This document shows, one piece after another, positions 57,601 to 64,000 of a stretch of DNA of 64,000 bases. This DNA is from the human T2T-CHM13v2.0 reference genome, Homo sapiens. Positions within the stretch are counted from its first letter, which is position 1. The number at the start of each line of letters is the position of its first letter. The notes beneath the pieces were generated by a model, which made no database searches, had not been told where the DNA came from, and was given only the letters and a program-made list of their open reading frames with translations. The position numbers and the translations under genes are program-made. The stretch is from NCBI RefSeq assembly GCF_009914755.1, contig NC_060930.1; one strand, written 5' to 3'.

Positions 57601-58899
57601 TCTTTGGATTTTTAAAAGCAATTACATGCCAATTGGCAGACCAGATACGAATCTCTTACCTTATAAGAACATTGAGGTCTTGTAGGTATCCCCGCTTTGA
57701 TGCCTTTGGGCTAATTCAGGACACTAAGCAAGGCCTTTCACAATCCCCTGCCATTTTGTTTTTTCCTAAGAATATATTGTTCTCTGTTTCAAACCTGACT
57801 TTACCAAAAGTCCTTTAAAAAAAAAAATCCTACAAAAGTACAAAAGTGAAGCTGCTTTTCATTTTATGGAAGAATCAATTGCACTGGGTAATAGATTTGT
57901 GTTTAATGATTCATGATAAATATATCAGGTTTAGAGAAAGAGAGACCTAGCAAGACAGAATGAGGCTGGGAGTTAGGAATCAGTTTCACTCTGATGAACA
58001 TGACCTTGAAAGAGTCCCTTCCACCCTCTCATTTTTTTTATCATTGCAAGTGATAGGAAAATTAATGATGTGAACATTTTATTTTTAAATAATTATAAGA
58101 GCTTCTGAGACCACTGTATGCTATAAAGAACTTTATGCTTTGGTATTCTGTTGGAGATGGGTAATTAATAGCTTATAAGGTAAAATAATCTGCAAAAGGA
58201 AAACAAATCAACCTTACATAATAGGGTTATTGTTTTTTTAATCCCGAAGTCGCCTGTATTCCCACTTCACTCTTACTTCGCGCTCATCACATTTCTTAAA
58301 CCATTTATGTGGAAGTGTTTGGCCCAGCTGGCTGCTTTCTCAGATTTCAACTTTCAGTGGAGATTCATGTCCAAGTTCAGACACAGTCCTAAATTTATCA
58401 ATTTTATGAGCATGTAATGTGTCTACTCTTGCCCAAGAAGAATATAATGAATTCATTTCTTCCTCCACAAATGTTTAGTGCTATTAAGCACATCTTTCAT
58501 TTTTTTAATTAAAAAATTCTGTGAAGCCACAGTTTTAAAAATATGTAGTTTATGTAATTGTTCTTTTAGTATCTTCCCCACCCCAATCCCCAGGGGCCAG
58601 TTATCATTGATAAGATGTTCACCAAGCCTTATCCAGACCAGCCTCAGTTACAAAATCATGAGCTTAACTGGTTGTTGGGGCTGGGCTGTCTATAACAAAA
58701 ATGAAGGGCTTTAAATGAAGCATGAAATTTTAAAATGGCACATTGTTGTTGGAAAGCATATTTAATCAAGAAACTGCTTTAGCAAATTAAGAAAACCCAT
58801 GCCACCATTCCTTGGCAGAGTGGCAGTTGCCTCAGGGCTCTGCAAGTTGTAGTAACTTAATCATCTTAGCAGCTCCCAATATAGCATATAGCTACCTAA

Positions 58900-59206
<307 letters not shown>

Positions 59207-60111
59207 TACCTAATTCTTTTCTTATTTTTTATTAGATTGTATGATCATTTCTTTGTTTTAAAAATTATGCATGCTTCTATTATGTTTTAATTTGGAAAGT
59301 ACAGAAAATTATAGACTAGCAGGAAAAAATAATTACCCACAATGCCACCACGCAAGGGCAACTAAAATGAACCATTTTCACCCATCTAGTCTTTATAGTA
59401 TATTAATAATATTCAAGCCTCCTGTCACATTTGTTGCAAATATTTCATCAGTCCTTGTATGTTTAATCAAAGTCGTGCATGCACGTAACACACAGAGTTT
59501 ACAGAACCAAAGTGCTTGTTGAAAAACAGTGGTCCCCGATGGCGCCCTGCACGTCACTTTCTGCTCTTTTATCTGGTTCTTTAGTATTAACTTCATATCC
59601 CTGGTTAACCTGTTATGTTGCTGCTTCCGGATTTCACTCAGCTTTAGGCATTGTCTGTGCAAGAGAAGGATTTAGCTCTTTCACTGCAGCTGACCCACCT
59701 CCCACCCCCCATCACCCTTCTGTGCCATCTAGCCTTCTTGCCTAGGTGTATGTTATTGGGGCTAAATCAATGCCCAGTGATTTTATTGTTGCAACTAGGT
59801 AGACAGGAGTGACAGCTGAGCCATTATGATTATGTCTCCTTTCCTGCTTATCTTTTCATTTCCTTTATAACAAATAATTCTCTTGTTTTGTAAATTTATT
59901 TACATACTTTTCTATGATCCCCAATTTATCCTTGAACTCTTCTTCAGTTGTGTAAATCTCCCTGGAGCCTTCACACACATTAGGTGTTGTGTCAGTGTGG
60001 AGTTGATGAAGTCTCTCCTGGGGTCTTCTTGCCTGCTCCCATCAGAACGGCTTGCTCGCTCAACCTCATGCTCAGGTGTGTCTTGGGATCTCCTTTCACT
60101 CTCTTCTGTAT

Positions 60112-60465
60112 CGATATGGTTTGGCTGTGTCCCCACCTAGGTCTCATCTTGAATTGTAGCTCCAATAATCCCCACGTGTTGTGGGAGGGACCCAGTGGGA
60201 GGCAATTGAATCATGAGGGTAGGTCTTTCCTTTGCTATTCTCGTGATAGTAAGTCTCACGAGATCTGATGGTTTTATCAAGGGGCGTTTCCCTGCACAAA
60301 CTCTCTTCTCTTGTCTGCCACCATGTGAGATGTGCCTTTCACCTTCTGCCGTGATTGTGAGGCCTCCCAGCCTTGTGGAACTGTGAGTCCATTAAACCTC
60401 TTCCTTTTGTAAATTGCCCAGTCTGGGATATGTCTTTATCAGCAGCATGAAAATGAACTACTACA
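60112..60465 (+). mobile_element. THE1 solo LTR
   Basis: cgatatggtttggctgtgtcccc...aactactaca; perfect TSD tgtat. Confidence 0.92.
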
Positions 60466-60497
60466 TGTATTCACTCCTATTTCCTGCATTACCATAT

Positions 60498-60972
60498 TGT
60501 ATTTGTTCCTTTTTGCTGCTGTAACAATTACAGCAAGCTTAGTAGCTTAAAGCAACACACATTTATTGTCTTACAGTTCTGGAGGTCAGAAGTCTGAAAT
60601 GGGTCTCACTGGGCTCAAATTGAAGAGTCAGCAGAGATGCGTTCCTTCTGGAAGCTCTGGGGCAAATCCATTTCCTTGACTTTTCCAGCTTCTAGAGGCC
60701 ACCAGCATTTCTTGACTTATGTCTCCTTTATCTTCAAGGCCAGCATTGTTGCATCCTCAGATCTCAGACTCTCCTTCTCCTCTCTCCTTCCTTAATTTAT
60801 CAGGACCCTTGTGATTACATTGGACTCACCTGGGTAATCCAGGATCCTCTCCTCAGCTCAGGATTCTTAACTTATCACACCTGCAAAGTCCTTTTTGCCA
60901 TGTAGGGTAACATATTCACAGAATTTGGAGATGAGGACATGGGCATCTTTGGGGGACCATCATTCTGCCTTC
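60498..60972 (-). mobile_element. MLT1C-like LTR
   Basis: ttgctgctgtaacaattac...ttacagttctggaggtcagaagtctgaaatgggtctc...ggcatctttgggggaccatcattctgcc. Confidence 0.88.
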
Positions 60973-61112
60973 TTTCCTCAGCCTCCAGTAGCTTCTCAAG
61001 AACAGGCGCATGGGACAGAAGTCATCTGAAATACTGCATTTCTGAAAATATCTTTATTTCATCCTTGATTGATAGTTTGACATGATATGGAATTCCAGAT
61101 TGGAAATCCATA

Positions 61113-61787
61113 TTAATCAAGATAGGTTAGGGTGATGCAATTATAATAAACTCCAAAATCTTAGTGGCTTTGCACATTCGAGTTTATTTCTTGCTTGTAT
61201 AAGAAATAGCTTATATAGCTCAGGGATCCAGGCTGTTTCCATCTTGTGGCATTACCGTCTCAACACAGGACCTCCAATGTTACTGTGGCACAGAGCAGAG
61301 AGGAACTAGAGGGGCACATAGGGAGACTTTTCAGCCCTTCAGCCCAGAAGTGACCCGTGTCACTTTTTTTTTTTTTTTTTTTGAGACAGAGTTTTGCTCT
61401 TGTCACCCTGACTGGAGTGCAATGGTGTGATCTTAGCTCACTGCAACCTCTGCCTCCCGGGTTCAAATGATTCTCCTGCCTCAGCCTCCTGAGTAGCTGG
61501 GATTGCAGGCGCCTGCCACCACGCCCAGCTAATTTTTGTATTTTTAGTAGAGATGGGGGTTTTGCCATGTTGGCCAGGCTGGTCTCGAACTCCTGACCTC
61601 AAGTGGTCCACCCGCCTCGGCCTCCCAAAGTGTTGGGATTACAGGCGTGAGCCACTGCGCCTGGCTGACTTGTGTCACTTCTGTGAGCAGTCCATTAGCC
61701 AGAACTTGTCGCAAGGCCCCACTTAACTGACAGAGGGCTGCAAGATAGAGCATATGAATACTCTGAGCATTGACTATCTCTGCCACA
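61113..61787 (-). mobile_element. Old MLT1J/K-like LTR split by an Alu
   Basis: aatcaagataggttagggtgatgc...aaaatcttagtggcttt; cagcccagaagtgac...gtcacttctg...ccattagccagaact. Confidence 0.6.
61366..61666 (-). mobile_element. AluSq-like element
   Basis: gagttttgctcttgtc diagnostic; TSD gac(cc/tt)gtgtcactt. Confidence 0.95.
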
Positions 61788-62051
61788 AAATCATGTCCCC
61801 TCTGAGTATGAAGGTTTTTGCCAGTTTTATTCTAGCTTCCAGTATTTCTGTTGAGAAAACGAATTCCTGATTTTTTATATGAACATCTAATCTGTCTCTG
61901 TGGAAGCTTCTTATTCTTCGTGTTCTAAAATTGTATAATTCTGTGTCTGGTGTGTATAAGTTTCATGTACCATTCCAGATACTTGGTGGACTTTGCAATC
62001 TAGAAACAGATACCCTGTTCTGGAAACTTTGCTTGATGTTTTATTTTCCAG

Positions 62052-62483
62052 AAAGATAGGATTTCACTCTGTAACCCAGGCTGGAGTACAGTGGTGTGAT
62101 CACAGCTCACTGCAACCTTGAAATCCTGGGCTCAAGTGATCTTCCCACCTCAGCCTCCTGAATAGCTGGGACTACAGGCATGTGCAACCATGCCTGGCTA
62201 ATTTTTTTTTTTTTTTTAATTTTAATAGACCCAAGGTCTAGCTATGTTGCCCAGCCAGGTCTTGAACTCCTGGGCTTAAGCGATCCTCCCGTCTCAGCCT
62301 CCCAAAGTGCTAGGATTACAGGCATGAGCTATTGCATCTCGCCTGGTTTTAATTTTTACATTTTTTAATGAATTTTGAGTCTCACGTTGTTGCCCAGGTT
62401 GGTCTTGAACTCCTGGCCTTCAGTCATCCTCCTGCCTCAGCTTCCCAAAGTGCTGGGATTGTAGCTGTGAGCCACCTTGCCTG
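62052..62483 (-). mobile_element. AluJ (62052-62347) plus an extra left-monomer/FLAM piece (62349-62483), within old L1M-like sequence
   Basis: gatcacagctcactgcaaccttgaaatcctgggctcaag; second tgttgcccaggttggtcttgaactcctggcc...cccaaagtgctgggatt. Confidence 0.88.
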
Positions 62484-63439
62484 TTTCTTCCTCTACATTT
62501 TCATTTTTTGTCATTCTGAACCTACTCTTATTTGGATTTTGGACCTCCAGGAGTAGTTGTCTGTGTTTCTTGGCCTTGTTCCTCTCATTTTTTCTTTTCT
62601 TTGTCTTTTTTGCTCTACTGTCTAGAAGAGTTTTGAAACTGTCTTCCACTCCTTCTGTTGCATTTCTTCCTTGCTGTTCTCATATGTTTCATTTACAAGA
62701 GCTTGTTGTTGTTGTTGTTCTCTGAATGTTCCTTATTATAACATTCTTTGGTTCCATACGGGGTCTTTACATTTCACACTAAAGGTTATTATAGGTATTT
62801 TTATTATTTTTTGGTTGCTATTCTGGATGGAATATTTTTCCACTATGTTTTAAATTTATTGTTGTAATATTGAAAAATTACTGATATAATGTCATGTTAC
62901 TGAACTTTTTATTTCAATAATTTTTCAATTATTTTCTTTTTCCTTTTTTTGATAGAGAATCACATAATTGACAAAAAGCATGCATTTTATCTCTTTATCC
63001 AATTCTGTTTTAAGTTTTATAACATTATCCAGAATAATATTATGTAATGTAAAGTCCATGGTGGGAGACTGTGTATTAATTATCATGTCCCCCACATTTA
63101 GGACATGTACCTATTTAGTTGACAATAAATACATGTCAAATGAATGAATGATGGTTATAGACAGTATCTTTCTTTTGCTTCAAGTTTTAATAATATTAAA
63201 AATGTTCTGTCATTGAGTATAATTGTAATTTTTAGTTTAAGATACATATTCTTTATCATGTTAACAAAATATTATTTTTAAATTTTCTGAAAGCATACAA
63301 TTATTCAAGAAAATATGTTTCCTTTGTGGGTTGTGATCTTGCACTCAGGAACATGTGCTGAATTAGTTTAATTCAACTTTATTTTATAAACTAATAGGGG
63401 TAAAAACTAATGGGGACAGACAGTTTGAGACGTGCAGAC

Positions 63440-63900
63440 AGGCACTATTTCTCAGTATTTGATTTGTTGTAACATTTTTACTGGTGACCTGGAAGAGGAA
63501 ATGCTCAGAAAAATCTGAGTTTGCAGGTGACTCTAATATGCAGGTGACTCTAATATTTTTTCTGGTACTACTGAACCACAGGACTATCTACTAAGCTCAG
63601 AGTCTCTGTCACCTGTAATGTAGGGGCTTCCTCCCAGGAAAATACTGCAGCCCAAAGAGGCTGTCAAAGTACTGGACACCCTGGAGCACAGAATATAACA
63701 GTGTCTTGTGCAAGCCATGATTTATCTATGTCAGAGAGTTTCTATGCAGTTTTAGTCAACAAAGACCAAGAGAGGCATAACTGGCTGGAGAACATTCAGA
63801 AACTAATAACCAAAATGATCTTGGGAGGTAGAAGCAAAGACTAAATTAATTATGATTCTTGTCAGAAGGGACATTGACTCTGGAAAATCATCAAAGCCTA
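63440..63900 (+). mobile_element. L3/CR1 LINE relic (RT region) with a 17-bp tandem duplication at 63522-63555
   Basis: aacatttttactggtgacctggaagaggaa...tttgcaggtgac reads NIFTGDLEEE...FAGD (cf. CR1 NIFINDL...FADD); later tatgcagttttagtc...ctggagaacattcag...accaaaatgatc (cf. YCVQFW...LERVQRRATKMI). Confidence 0.65.
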
Positions 63901-64000
63901 TAAAATCAGAAGCAGTGTGTTTGAGGTGAACACAAAACTCTTCACCAAGGCCTTGAACACAACTGTGGTCTGAAATTAAATAGACTCAAAGTGCCTCAAA

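Overview
Repeat-rich primate (human-like) genomic DNA lying inside the UST gene (uronyl 2-sulfotransferase, + strand). The only host coding sequence I can support is a 44-nt internal exon at 46794-46837, too short for the ORF track. It reads (G)NSTYLDDHGPPPSK, which matches my recall of UST exon 2, so the rest of the window is intron 1 (upstream) and intron 2 (downstream). The introns contain a full-length but frameshifted L1PA5-type LINE-1 (antisense, nested in an MLT2A LTR), three 5'-truncated L1PA pieces, about 17 Alu-family copies, about 15 MaLR/ERVL LTRs or LTR fragments, MER/Tigger/hAT DNA-transposon fossils, L2/MIR/CR1 relics and a ~1.9-kb G-rich minisatellite. They also contain a TTAA-flanked piggyBac-family (Looper-like) element that keeps both terminal inverted repeats and a decayed transposase N-terminus. 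Nearly all long ORFs in the track are L1-, Alu- or VNTR-derived. I do not see convincing evidence for a new autonomous biological system. The best leads are the piggyBac fossil, the UG/G-rich VNTR as an RNA-protein platform, oppositely oriented Alus bracketing the frame-shifting small exon, L1/THE1 alternative-promoter candidates, a poison-exon candidate and several templated-duplication scars. Repeat subfamily names come from recalled consensus diagnostics, not from a RepeatMasker run.
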